Origin: Pristiophorus japonicus
Lineage: Eukaryota
Length of the DNA stretch: 64,000 nt
Assembly (NCBI RefSeq): GCF_044704955.1
Contig: NC_091988.1
Location: forward strand, 75,392,001 to 75,456,000
Direction of reading: 5' to 3'
The notes beneath the pieces were generated by a model. That model was not told where the DNA came from, ran no database searches, and worked only from the letters and a program-made list of their open reading frames with translations. Below are positions 50,975 through 64,000 of this stretch, piece by piece. The stretch's first letter is position 1. Each line of letters begins with the position of its first letter. Position numbers and translations under genes: made by a program.

Positions 50975-51680
50975 GGTACTTGTGCATGGAACACAAAAGG
51001 TTAGTATGAAGGTACAGCAAGTGATCAGGAAGGCCAAATGGAATCTTGGCCTTTATTCCAAATGGGATGGAGTATAAAAGCAGGGAAGTCTTACTACAGC
51101 TGTACAGGGTATTGGTGAGGCCACACCTGGAATACTGCGTGCAGTTTTGGTTTCCATATTTACGAAAGTATATACTTGCTTTGGAGGCAGTTCAGAGAAG
51201 GTTCACGAGGTTGATTCCGGAGATCAGGGGGTTGACTTATGAGGAAAGGTTGAGTAGGTTGGGCCTCTACTCATTGGAATTCAGAAGAATGAAAGGTGAT
51301 CTTATAGAAATGTATAAGATTATGAGGGGGTTTGACAAGGTGGATGCAGAGAGGGTGATTCCACTGATAGGGGAGACTAGAACTAGAGGGTATGATCTTA
51401 GAATAAGGGGCCGCCCATTTAAAACTGAAATGAGGAGAAATTTATTTTCTGAGGGTTGTGGATCTGTGGAATTCCCTGCCTCAGAGAGCTGTGGAAGCTG
51501 GGACATTGAATACATTTAAGACAGAAATAGACAGTTAATTAAACGATAAGGGAATAAGGGGTTATGGAGAGCAGGCAGGGAAGTGGACCATGATTGGATC
51601 AGCCATGATCGTATTAAATGGCGGAGCAGGCTCGAGGGGCCATATGGCCAACTCCTGCTCCTATTTCATATGTTCTTATG
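50975..51680 (+). mobile_element. CR1 3' fragment in intron 1 of paralog B
   Basis: LVRPHLEYCVQFW..RRFTRLIP and tail. Confidence 0.92.
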
Positions 51681-51684
51681 GTCT

Positions 51685-52617
51685 TTGCAAGCAGAGAGTT
51701 AGCTTGTGAAGTTTTGTGCCTCAGTAACTTTCATACTTGGTTTGTATAGTATGAATGTCTGAATAAAAGACCCGATCCTGCCTTTTCTACAACTAAGTGT
51801 ATGTGTAATTCGATGTTTAAAGCAACAAAGCAAAAAGAGCAAGACAGCCTTACTATTGGTGACCCTGACGTGATTTTCAAAAGTTCGTTGGTTGAGTTGT
51901 TGGAAGAAATGTTTCCCACACATCAGTTTGAGGGGTGAGCATTCTCCTAGTTGTTGTGACCTAAAGGGATCTCCAGTTAATAATGGAGAACCAGGGTATA
52001 TTCCAGATGTGATCTGGTCATTTATTAATGAGTGGATTCAGTCGAAAGGGGGACCTTATGGGATGACAGGAGGATGGCGAGAGACACAGTAGTCCTTAAT
52101 GGAGAGTGTCCAGTTAAAAAGGATAAAAGTGTTTAGGTTAAAAAGTGATAAAAAGAGAGAAGCGTTAGTGTTGCAGTGTCTAATGCTGGTGATTCAACAG
52201 TTAGGAGAAGAGGCTGAGGCTAGAGATAGAGAAGTTTCAGAACTCACAGAGCAGCGAACATCAGCTAGGAAAGAAGTAGAGAACTGGCGATTTCAGACAT
52301 TTGGGGCACTGTTCTGATGCTGGATCAGCATCTTGCTGATGAATAGAACCGTAACCAAGATCTAGAGAAAGAAATATCTAAGCTGCAGCAGATGGTGGTA
52401 TTAAGTTGCTCAGCGGAGACAGCAATTGATAAAGCCGGGTGGTATTCGGAGGATTCCCCAGGTCTGAGAGTTGAAAAGGAGATTAAGGGACAGGGTGAAT
52501 GCCCACGATTTCTATCCGCAGCTCCTTTGTCTTTTCTGACGTCGGAGCCTCGAACACGTGTGATTTGCGTGGCAACGTTAGGTACAGAGGCAGAACAGTT
52601 AGATGCTTCTTCGGTTC
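51685..52617 (+). mobile_element. Remnant of a tRNA-Trp-primed LTR retroelement (partial LTR, PBS, decayed gag-like region); probably continues at 61818-62035
   Basis: AATAAA at about 51762. TGGTGACCCTGACGTGAT at 51857-51874 matches 17/18 to the canonical tRNA-Trp PBS TGGTGACCCCGACGTGAT. A stop-interrupted, coiled-coil-like frame follows. Confidence 0.68.
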
Positions 52618-55600
52618 TGTTGTGTATGAATAAAGAATCTGACTGGATACTGTGAGCTCAAAGTAAAGTATGACCGTAGTCTTTTATTGCAGGTTTCCAG
52701 AGTGCCTCTCCAGCCTGGAGGCCTCCTTTACATGTGCTCCCAAGGGATTGTGGGATCCCTTGGGACTCCAGGGGATGAGCCCTCTGGTGGCTATACAAGG
52801 TATATACAGGTTTACATATATAACAACACCCGCCCCCCCTCCCCCCCCCCCCCCACCCACCGCCAAAGTCAACAGTGTAACTATTTACAAAGTGAGTCGA
52901 TCTGGGGCCTTTCTTTCCCTGGTTGATCGTCTCGGTGCAAATGCTGGTTTTGGTGAATCGTTTGTTGGGCCCTCGCTGGGCTGCTGTGCAGCTGGCCTTG
53001 CTGGGATGCCTGGTGTGGTGAGTCCTGCTGGGCTGCTGCGGGTGATGGGTTCTGCGTCGTGGCCAACCGCGGTGTCGGTTGTCACTGGTGTGTATGTTGG
53101 GGGGGTCAAAGAAGGTAGGGTCCAAAGTGGGTTGCTCTGGATAGTCCGTGAATCTGAGTTTGATTTGGTCCAAGTGTTTCCATTTGAATGAGTCCATTTG
53201 AAAGTTTGACCCGAAATACCCTGTTCCCCTTTTTGGCTACAATAGTGCCGGGAAGCCACTTGTCCATAGTTTAGCACAAATACAGGATCATTGATTTCAA
53301 TTTCACGTGACACATTTGCGCTATCATGATATGTACTTTGTTGAAGCCGCCTGCTCTCTACCTGTCCATGTAGATCAGGGTGAACTAAGGAGAGCCTTGT
53401 CTTAAGTGCCCTTTTCATGAGCAATTCAGCAGGTGGCATCCCATTGAGTGAGTGGGGTCTCGTGCGATAATTAAGCAGGACTTGGGATACGTGAGTCTGC
53501 AGTGAGCCTTCAGTTACCCTCTTGAAGCCTTGCTTGATAGTTTGCCTGACCATTGGATGCTGGTTTGAATGGGGCAGATGTAACATGCTTGATCCCATTA
53601 CAGGTCATGAACTCTTTGAACTCAGCACTGGTGAAACATGGCCCGTTGTTGCTCACAAGGACATCAGGCAGCCCATGCATGGCAAACATGGCCCGCAGGC
53701 TTTCTGTGGTGGCAGCGAACGTGCTTGCCGACATGATCTTACATTCAATCCATTTGGAGTACGCATCTACAACCACAAGGAACATTTTACCCAAAAACGG
53801 GCCTGCATAGCTGACATGGACCCTGGACCACGGTTTGGAGAGCCAAGACCATAAACCTGGCGCCTCCCAGGGTGCATTGCTTAACTACGCACATGTGTTA
53901 CATTTGTGCACGCAGGATTTGAAGTCCGCATCGATACCGGGTCACCACACGTGGGATCTGGCTATTGCTTTCATCATTACAATACCTGGGTGAGTACTGT
54001 GGAGATCACTGATGAAAGTGTCACTGCCCTTCTTGGGGACCACTATCTGATTATCCCACATTTCATCTTTGCGTCGCTGGTACCTCTTTATCTCTTCCCG
54101 CATTTCCACTGGGACACTGGACCAGCTCCCGTGAAGCACACAATTTTTTACTAGGGTCAGTAAGGGGTCCTGGCTCATCCAGGTTCTAATCTTTCAGGCT
54201 GTGGCAGGTGATTGCTCACTCTCGAATGCTTCCATAACCATGACTAAATCTGCGGGCTGTGCCATTTCTACCCCCGTGGTGGGCAATGGCAGCCTACTGA
54301 GTATCGGCACAGTTTTCTGAGCCTGGCCTGTAGCGGGTGGTGTAGTTGTATATGGACAACATGAGCGGCCATCTCTGGATGCAGGCCGATGCATTCGTAT
54401 TTATCCCCTTACTTTCGGAAAAAAGGGATATCAGTGGCTTATGGTCAGTTTCCAATTCAAATTTGAGCCCAAACAGATATTGATGTATTTTCTTTACCCC
54501 ATAAACACACGCTAACACTTCTTTTTCAATCATGCTGTCAGCCCTCTCAGCCTTAGACAGACTTCTGGATGCATAAACAACCGGCTGCAATTTCCGGAGA
54601 TCATTAGCTTGTTGCAAACACACCCGACGCCGTACGACGACACATCACATGCTAGTACAAAACTCCTACATGGATCATACAACACAAGCAATTTCTTTGA
54701 GCATAACAATTTTCTAGCTTTTACAAAGGTATTTTCTTGGCTTTTGCCCCATACCCATTCATCTCCTTTACGTAGTAAGGTGTGCAGTGGCTCTAACAGT
54801 GTGCTGAGACCCGGTAAGAAGTTACCAAAGTAGTTCAAGAGTCCAAGAAATGACCGCAGCTCCGTTCTTGATTCCCTCCGTCTTCGAATCAGTAGGCCTG
54901 ATGCCGTCTGCTGTGATTCTTCTCCCCAGGAACTCCACTTCAGGTGTCAGGAAAACGCACTTCGAGTGTTTTAACCTGAGCCCCACGGGGTTGAGTCAAC
55001 TAAGAACCTCCCCCAGGTTCTGCAAATGCTCAATTGTGTTCCGACCTGTAACCAAGATGTCGTTCTGGAAGACCACCGTGCGCGGGATCAACTTCAGTAA
55101 GCTTTCCATGTTTCTCTGGAATATCTCCGTGGCTGATCGAATCCCAAACAGGCATTGGTTGTAAATGAAGAGATCTTTGTGCGTGTTGATGCAGGTGAGG
55201 TCCTCCAGCTCCTGCGTCATGTAGGCCGAGGTCAAGTCCAGCTTCGTGAATGTCTTTCCTCCCGCCAGCATTGCAAAAAGGTCATCAGCCTTTGATAGTG
55301 GGTATTGATCCTGCAGGGAGAAACGATTGATAGTTACTTTGTAATCAACACAGATTCTGATGGTGCCATCTGCCTTGAGAACTAGAACAATCGGACTGGC
55401 CCACTCATTGAATTCATTCGGTGAAATTATGCCCTCACATTGCAGCAGGTCCAGCTCGATCTCTACCCTTTCTCTCATCTTATACGGTACTGCTCTCACC
55501 TTGTGATGGATGGGTCATGCCCCTGGAATTAGGTGGATCTGCACTTTTGCTCCTTGGAACTTCCCGATGCCTGGTTTGAACAGCGAAGGGAACTTGTTTA

Positions 55601-56137
55601 AGACCTGGGCACACGAGGCGTCGTCAGCGGGTGATAGCGCTCGGACAACATCCCATTTCCAGCTCATCTTTCCCAACCAGCTCCTGCCAAGCAGCGTGGG
55701 ACCATCGCCTTGTGCACCACTTGATCGTAGGAGACCTTTACGGTAGCACTGCCGATTACAGGAATCAGTTCTTTTGTGTAAGTTCTTAGTTTCATGCGAA
55801 CTGGAGTTAAGACTGGCCTTGAGGCCTTGCTGCACCACAGTTTATCAAAAGTCTTTTTGCTCATAATGGACTGGCTCACGCCTGTGTCCAGCTCCATTGA
55901 CACTGGGAGTCAGCATTATCAGGGGACACTTTGTGATAAATGTGTGCACCCCATATACCTCTGCCTCCTCGGTCTGAGGCTCTGGTTCGTCGTGATCCGC
56001 CATGGATCTGTCCTCCTCTGCAACATGGTGGTTTACAGGATTAACAGGATTGGCAGTTCGCCCGCACATATGTTGGGGGTGTCCCATTGTTCCACAGCCC
56101 TTGCAGACGTACCCTTTGAAGTGGCATGAATGGAAAC

Positions 56138-59100
56138 TGTCATGTATCTTACATTATTATATATATCACTGTATCCTAACATGCTATACATGACTGTAAT
56201 AAGATATGACTTGTAACCACCAGCATACCTTATCACCAGGGGTGCACTTGCAAGAGACAGGTATATAAGGACAGGTCTCAGGCAAGTGCAGCATTCCAGA
56301 GCTGTGAAATAAAGGTGCAGGTCCAGAGTGACCTTGACTTCACTACATGCCTCGTGTGAATCTGTATTGAGGAGACAGGACTTTACAGTGGCGACGAGTT
56401 ACGGGATTACAGAATCCACAGAATGGCGAACAACGGATCAGATGAAAAGTACGATGCTGGAGACAATTGGGAGGACTTTATAGAAAGGCTCCAGCAAAGC
56501 TTTGTAACCAAAGACTGGTTAGGAGACAACAAAGCAGACAAGAGAAAAGCCCATCTCTTGACCAGCTGTGGCTCGAAAACATACGCTTCAATGAAGGATC
56601 TGCTGGCACCCGAGAAACCAGCAAGCAAGTCGTTTGAAGAGTTGAGCTCACTGGTAAGAGACCACCTGAAGCCAGCAAGCAGCCTACACATGGCCAGACA
56701 CAACTACAGACGCTGTGTGGGCCAGAGCATACCCGACTTCGTGGCGGAACCTCAGAGGTTGGCTAGTTTATGTGAGTTCTCCGATGAACTGAGGAGAGAA
56801 ATGCTGAGAGACTTTTTCATTGAAGGAATAGGCCACGCAGGCATATTCCGAAAGCTCATAGAGACCAAGAACCTGACCTTAGAGGCAGCAGCACTGGTTG
56901 CACAGACATTCTTGGTTGGGGAAGAAAAAATGAGGTTGATTTACAATGCAGGTACGACAACTAACAAAATATCGGAACAAGAAATTCACAGCATTAAACA
57001 AGCTGCTACCCCCACACACAGACAAAACCGGGAGAACAGGCTCTCGACAGCAGGCAGTGGTGCCAGAAGCCATCAAGGGCCACAGGAACGGCCGTTCACA
57101 CCTCATCAACCCACAATGCGAGCAATTAACTACAAACTGAGAGAAGCTCAAGAGAGATCAGCCAGACGCAACTCATTCTTTGGGAACAATGGTGGAAGCA
57201 GTCTGTGCTGGAGGTGTGGGGGTGGGCACTCATCAAGGGGATGTCGATTTCAGCAGGCTGTTTGCAGGAACTGTGAATATACAGGGCATTTGGCCCGCAT
57301 GTGCAAAAAAATGGCAGCTCGGCTGGTATATGAATCGGATGGGTCGGAAAGCGGACCAAAAGGTGGTGGGGACAGTACCCGAGACACCAATGTACAGCGG
57401 GTCAACACAATCAATGGCCGCTGCTCCTACAACAGGACGCCTCCTATAATGATGAGGGTCCTACTCAACGGGATACCTGTTAACATGGAGCTGGATATGG
57501 GAGCGAGTCATCTCTCATGGGCGCTCAACAATTTGAACAACTGTGGCCGCATAAAAGAGACAGACCAAAGCTCACAAGGGTTGACACCAAACTAAGGACC
57601 TATATCAAAGAAATCGTACTAGTCCTCGGCAGCGCCATGCTCTCTGTCACACACAAAGGGACAGGGAACTGACTTCCCCTGTGGATTGTCCCCGGAGATC
57701 CCCCAGCACTGCTGGGGAGAAGCTGGCTGGCAAAATTAAACTAGAAATGGGATGATGTCCATGCCATGTCATTAGAGGAACGGACCTCCTGCTCAACAGT
57801 TATAAAGCGCTTTGAACATCTCTTTCAGCCAGGTGTGGGCACTTTCAAAGGGGCCAAAGTCAAAATCTACATCACACAGGATGCTAGACCGGTCCATCAC
57901 AAGGCTAGAGCTGTACCCTATGTGATGAGGGAAAAGATTGAACACGAACTAGACAGGCTTCTGCGGGAAGGCATTATATCACCTGTGGAATTTAGCAACT
58001 GGGCAAGTCCCATCGTCCCAGTCATGAAGCCTGATGGATCCGTACGAATCTGTGGGGACTACAAATCTACCATGAACAGAGTTTCCTTACAGGACCCGTA
58101 CCCGCTGCCCAGAGTGGAGGACTTATTTGCCACATTGGCTGGAGGTAAACTTTTCTCAAAATTAGACCTCACATCTGCGTATATGACACAAGAATTGACT
58201 GAGGAATCCAAGCTACTCACCACCATCAACACACATCGAAGCCTTTTCATGTACAATCGATGCCCATTCGGCATCAGGTCGGCAGCTGCCATATTCCAGC
58301 GCAACATGGAGAGTCTGCTCAAGTCCATCCCGGGGACGGTTGTATTTCAAGACGACATACTTATCACGGGCAGGGACACTGACTCCCAGCTCCGTAATTT
58401 GGAGGAATTACAAAAGCGGTTGGATCGGGTAGGCCTACGAGTGAAGAAATTCAAGTGCCTGTTTCTCGCAACCGAGGTTGAATTTTTGGTCAGAAGGATT
58501 GCCGCTGATGGAATCCGCCCAACAGAGTCCAAAACAGAAGCAATTCACCTGGCACCCAGGCCCCGGAATGTTTCAGAACTGCGCGCCTTTCTCGGGCTAC
58601 TCAATTACTTTGGGAACTTTATGCAGAACTTAAGCACATTGCTGGAGCCTCTCCACGTGCTACTCAGGAAAGGGTGCGATTGGTTTTGGGGGGACGCCCA
58701 GGAACGCGCCTTCAATAAGGCACGCAACCTTCTGTGTTCCAACAGTGTTTTGACTTTCTTTGACCCAGGTAAAAAGCTAGTTCTCACATGCGATGCGTCA
58801 GCGTATGGGGTCGGGTATGTTTTGCAACATGTCAATAATGTGGGCAAATTACAACCCATAGCTTATGCCTCCAGGTCACTTTCGCGGGCGGAGCGCGGGT
58901 ACGGAATGGTAGAGAAGGAGGCGCTCGCGTGCATTTACGGTGTCAAAAAGATGCACCAATATCTTTTCGGGGCCAAGTTCGCATTAGAAACTGACCACAA
59001 GCCCCTCGCGTCCCTCCTATCCGAGAGCCTCGGCGCGAATTCAACGGTGGGCACTCATGCTGGCGTCCTACGACTATACCATAAGGCACAGACCAGCCAC

Positions 59101-60858
59101 AGACAACTGTGCCGATGCGCTCAGCAGGCTACCCCTGGCGACCACGGAAGGGTCTGACGAACAGGACTGTGAGATAGTCATGGCAATCAATGCCTTTGAG
59201 TCCACAGGTTCGCCCGTGACAGCTCGCCAAATCAGAGCCTGGACGGCTAGCTACCCCACGTTATCCTTAGTAAAAAGATGTGTCCTAACCGGTGACTGGG
59301 CAGAGGCTCGCGATGCCTGCCCCAAGGAATTAAAACCCTTTCACAGGCGCATGCATGAGCTATCACAACAAGCAGACTGCCTGATGTGGGACAGCCGAGT
59401 AGTCATGCCTCTGCGAGGCAGAGAGGCATTTGTCCGGGAGCTCCACCGCGAGCACCCGGGTATCGTTCTCATGAAGGCCATAGCCAGATCCCACGTCTGG
59501 TGGCCTGGTATTGACGCGGACTTGGAGCTCTGCGTCCGAAGGTGCACCATTTGTGCCCAACTCAGCAATGCCCCCAGGGAGGCTCCACTGAGCCCCTGGC
59601 CCTGGCCTACCAAACCGTGGTCGCGGGTGCACGTAGACTATGCGGGCCCATTCATGGGCAAAATGTTCCTCGTAGTTGTAGATGCATTTTCAAAGTGGAT
59701 CGAATGCACCATTTTAAACTCGAGCACAACCTCCACCACTGTCGAGAGCCTTGGAACCATGTTTGCAACTCACGGAATCCCTGACATATTGGTCAGTGAC
59801 AATGGTCCATGCTTCACCAGCGCAGAATTCCAAGACTTTATAATTGACCACGGCATAAATCACGTCAAGACGGCACCGTTCAAGCCGGCTTCCAACAGCC
59901 AAACAGAGAGAGCAGTGCAAATCATTAAACAAGGCATGCTTAAAATCCAAGGTCCCACGCTGCAGGGTCATCTGTCGCGACTGCTGCTGGCATACAGATC
60001 TCGTCCGCACTCACTGACTGGGACCCCGCCGCGCAACTGTTGATGAAAAGGACTTTAAAAACAAGGCTCTCATTAATCCTCCCAGACATGCACGAAATCA
60101 TTGAGGCAAAGCGCCGTAAGCTGACTGAGTACCATGCCAGAAATTCGAGGGGGAGATGGAATGAGATAGGGGACAAAGTGTTTGTACTAAACTATGGCAG
60201 GGGTCCCAAATGGCTTGCAGGGATAGTAACGGACAAGGAAGGAAACAGGCTACTGGTGGTACAAATGGACAATGGCAAAACCTGCTGGAGGCATGTAGAC
60301 CAAGGCAAAAGCAGATTTACAAACAGCACTGCGGAACCAGAGGCAGACTACAATGTGGAACTCGCACCACACCTGGTGAACAGACGGAGGGAACAACCTG
60401 AGGAAAGGGCAATCCCAACAGACAGCCCAGGCGAGTCAACAACAATCACACCAATCGAAACAGACAGCCCAGGCGAGATACCAGCAACCACACCCAAAGA
60501 AAAACAGACACCAAGGCAAACAACTGAACCACAACTCAGACGCTCCACGCGAGAGCGCAGACCACCTGAGAGACTGAACCTATAAAGACAATAAGACCTT
60601 GGGGGAGGGTGATGTCATGTATCTTACATTATTATATATAACTATCCTAACATGCTATACATGACTGTAATAAGATATGACCTGTAACCACCAGCATACC
60701 TTACCACCAGGGGTGCACTTGCAAGAGACAGGTATATAAGGACAGGTCTCAGGCAAGTGCAGCATTCCAGAGCTGTGAAATAAAGGTGCCGGTGCAGAGT
60801 GACCTTGACTTCACTACATGCCTCGTGTGAATCTGTCCTGAGGGTACAGGACTTTACA
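56138..60858 (+). mobile_element. Ty3/Gypsy (Mag-like) LTR retrotransposon (inner), structurally complete with a few disruptions
   Basis: LTRs at 56138-56387 and 60613-60858; TSD GAAAC/GAAAT; PBS TGGCGACGAG at 56389; PPT at 60601-60612. Confidence 0.96.
56423..60585 (+). pseudogene. Gag-pol of inner Gypsy (gag/zinc knuckle, protease, RT, RNase H, integrase) with frameshifts and stops
   Basis: CWRCGGGH..C..C...GHLARMC; ELDMGAS; FQDDILI; CDASAYG; LHREHPG..CTIC; HVDYAGP, SDNGP. Breaks near 57520-57745, 59030 and 60030. Confidence 0.92.
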
Positions 60859-62489
60859 GAAATTATGATCACCGCCGCAGCGCCAACAAGGTGTTAATGG
60901 CCTTGCATTCATCACCTTTGATGGTAGAATCTGAGACATCTGTGGACGTGCAGCTGCAGGTATATGAGGCTGCTCTGTACGTCGCGATTTGAAAACAACA
61001 TCACTTTGTTCACAGTACTTGTAGCAGCACTCATGTGCTGAGAGATTTGCTTAGTATTGTCACTGGTGGCGATGAATGCCTGGGCTATCGTTATGGCTTT
61101 ACTCAAGGTTGGGGTCTCTACTGTCAAAAGTTTGCGTAGTATCACTTCATGGCCAATGCCAAGTACGAAGAAGTCTCTGAGCATGTGCTCCAAATGTCCT
61201 TCAAATTTGCAATGTCCTGCCAAGGTGTCTTAGCTCGGTGACATAACTCGCGCCTTGCTGGCCTTCAGACCTTTTGTAGGTGTAGAACCGGTACCTCGCC
61301 ATCAGAACGCTTTCCTTCGGGTTCAGATGCTCCCGGACCAGTGTGCACAAATCATCATATGATTTCTTTGTGGGTTTCACTGGAGCAAGCAGATTTTTCA
61401 TGGGGCCAGACGTTGGTGCCCCGCAGACGGTGAGGAGAATCGCCCTTTGTTTGGCAGTGTTCGCTTCTCCTTCCAGCTCGTTGGCCACGAAGTACTGGTC
61501 GAGTCGCTCCACTAAGGTTTCCCAATCATCTCCCTCCGAGAATTTCTCCAGGATGCCCACTGTTCTCTGCATCTTTGGGTTCATCATCTGTATCTCGTCA
61601 CCAGTTGTTATGTATGAACAAAGAGTCTGACTGGATATTGTGAGCTCAAAGTAAAGTGTGACCTTAATCTTTTATTGCAGGTCTCCAGAGTGTCCCTCCA
61701 GCCTGTGAGGCCTCCTTAAGTACCTGTGCTCCCAAGGGATTGTGGAATCCCTTGGGACTCCAGGGGATGAGCCCTCTGGTGGCTGTACAGAGTAAATACA
61801 AGTTTATATATATAACAGGTTCCTCAGATGCTTAACACCCCGCCACATTACACACGACCTTCCAGTAATGTGGAGAGTGCAGGAAGCACGTTCGGGCGGA
61901 CAAGGCGAGAGTAGGATCATGATTCTTCTGCTCCCTATGGAGCTCATGAAAGGAACACTACCTTAAGTGGTTGTGGGGATTCCTGCTTTAAGCGATATTT
62001 CACCGGCTGTAAATTACTTTGTACACAGGATGTCAGAAGGACAAGGACAAGGGCAGCAGGCGCATGATAGCACCATCAGCTGTAAGTTCCCCTCCAAGTT
62101 ACGCATAATATATCGGCCTTCATCATCACTGGGTCAAAATCCTGGACCTCCCTCGCCAGCAGCACTGTGGGAGCACCTTCACCACACGGACTGCAGCGGT
62201 TCAAGAAGGCGGCTCACCACCACCTTCTCAAGGGCAATTAAGGATGGGCAATAAATGCCAACCTTGCCAGCGATGCCCGCTTCCCGATAGAACAAAAAAA
62301 GTGCGAGGAATATGGTTGTATGATTCTTTCTCTTCCTCAACTTTTCACCATTGCAGCCATCTGTATTGTCGCTGCAATATCGATCATTTCATTAGGATTT
62401 AAGTAAAGGCAATTGAAAGTAATATTTTACTGCTCACTTTGGTAAAATGGATAACCCTCCATTCAATGACTGAATACATAGAGGTCGAA

Positions 62490-63470
62490 GAACATAAGAA
62501 CATAAGAATTAGGAACAGGAATAGACCATTCGGCTCCTCGAGCCTGCTCCGCCATTCAATAAGATCATGGCTGATCATCGACCTCAACTCCACTTTCCTG
62601 CCCGATCACCATATCCTTTGATTCTCCTAGGCTCCAAAAATCTATCTGTCTCAGCCTTCAATTCTGGGGTAGAGAATTCCAAAGATTTACAATCCTCTTA
62701 GTGAAGAATATCCTCCTCATCTCTGTCTTAAATGACCTACCCCTTATCCTGAGACTGTGACCCCTAGTTCTAGACACTCTAGCCAGGAGAAACAACCTCT
62801 CAGCATCTACCCTGTCAATCCCCTTCAGAATCTTGTATGTTTCAACAAGATCACCTCCCATTCTTCTAAACTCCAGAGAGTATAGACCCATGTTAGACAA
62901 TCTCTCATCACAAGACAGCCCTCTCATCGCACAAATCAATCTAGTGACTTACAAGTACTGTGCACAGTTCTGGTCATATTATAAAAAGGATACAGAGGCA
63001 CTGGAGAAGGTGCAAAAAAGATCCACAAGGATGATACCAGAACTAAGAGAATATATTTCTCGGCAAAGGCTGAACAGCCTGCGGCTTTTTCTTTACAAAA
63101 GAGAAGGCTGAGGGGTGACCTAATGGAGGTCTTTAAAATCATGAAAGGTTTCGATAAGGTAGATGTAGAGAAGATGTTTCCACTTCTGAGGGAGTTCAAA
63201 ACTAGAGGCCATAGATATAAGTTTGTCACCACTAAGTCCAATAGGAAATTCAGGAGAAACCTCTTTAACCAGAGAATGGTGAGAATGTGGAACTCGCTAC
63301 CACAGGGAGTCATTGAGGTGAATAGCATAGATATACTTAAAGGAAAGTTTAAATGAAGGAGAAAAGAATTGAAGGATATTTTGCTAGGGTTAGATGAAGA
63401 GGGGTCAGGGGGGTCCTTTGTGAATCATAAACAGACCAGTTGGACCAAATGGCCTGTTTCTTGCTGCAGT
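62490..63470. mobile_element. Two divergent CR1 3' fragments (62490-62948 minus; 62949-63470 plus)
   Basis: ORF2 C-terminal translations on opposite strands; (AACATAAG)n tail at 62490. Confidence 0.85.
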
Positions 63471-64000
63471 TTCAACGTAAACACAGAAACAGACCATTCA
63501 ACCCAACCAGTTCCTGTCCCATTTACCCTCCATATCAACGTATATTTCTAACCACATTTAACCACCCTGTCCAGAACCTTTCAACTCCTTTCCCTTCAGC
63601 AACCTTTGTAGTCTAATCCTAATTGTTGATATAGTTTCCGCCTCATCCACTAACCCTGCAAGTAAATTCCACAGCCTCATGACTCTCTAAGTTTCGTCTG
63701 CCCTCTGTTCTAAATCTCTTGCATTTAACATTGAATTTATGGTTCCTCAACTACTGGAAACTGCTTCTATCTACATCGTCCTATCTTTTCACAATGTTAA
63801 AAACTTCTATCTCGTTGTCTTGTAATCAGGGGGAAACTGGAGTCATACCGAGCACAAAAGAAGATGGTTGTGGTTGTTGGAGGCCAATCATCTCAGCCCC
63901 AGAAGTCAGGAGTGTGATGGAACACTCTCCACTTGTCTGGATGAGTGCTGCTCCAACAACACTCAAGAAGCTCGACACCATCCAGGACAAAGCAGTCCGC

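Larger units (their letters stand above)
52618..61817 (-). mobile_element. Ty3/Gypsy LTR retrotransposon (outer, degraded), split in gag by a second element
   Basis: LTRs at 52618-52825 and 61606-61817; TSD GGTTC; PBS TGGTGACGAG. gag 60864-61587, protease LDTGVS, RT, RNase H and integrase fragments at 52885-56130. Confidence 0.95.

Noticed and set aside
56423-60585. Active, intact retrotransposon
   Set aside because: Frameshifts and stops occur in the protease, RNase H and integrase regions, and the LTRs are no longer identical.
62358-62441. Exon 2 of paralog B (strong pyrimidine tract and CAG at about 62357)
   Set aside because: No HGxxEH or AHDH similarity, and there is a stop in the required phase.

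Overview
Eukaryotic, repeat-dense vertebrate DNA, not prokaryotic. The repeat inventory (CR1 LINEs with esterase ORF1, Deu-domain tRNA-SINEs, Gypsy, Harbinger, Tx1) suggests a cartilaginous fish (inference). The host content is a head-to-head pair of monoglyceride lipase (MGLL)-like paralogs. Copy A is on the minus strand with five coding exons visible (43996-44120, 27746-27852, 21615-21751, 8933-9043, 5395-5484; 190 codons in frame, GT-AG introns); its remaining exons presumably lie left of the window. Copy B is on the plus strand with only its first coding exon visible (50753-50919). The two copies share inverted homology over about 650 bp of upstream and first-exon sequence. Copy A has AHSMG and HGAAEH in place of the usual GHSMG and HGAGEH. 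Copy B begins with a Cys cluster (LCCYWCC). The rest is mostly transposable elements, often nested: two long CR1 copies in inverted orientation, a Myb-only Harbinger element, a decayed Harbinger transposase, an LTR element encoding Gag-protease plus an unknown ~400-aa region instead of pol, a Gypsy-in-Gypsy-in-LTR nest, and a Tx1-like fragment interrupted by TTAGGG repeats. Several satellites are also present. Most ORFs in the supplied track are TE fragments or repeat artefacts. All assignments were made by eye; no searches were run.
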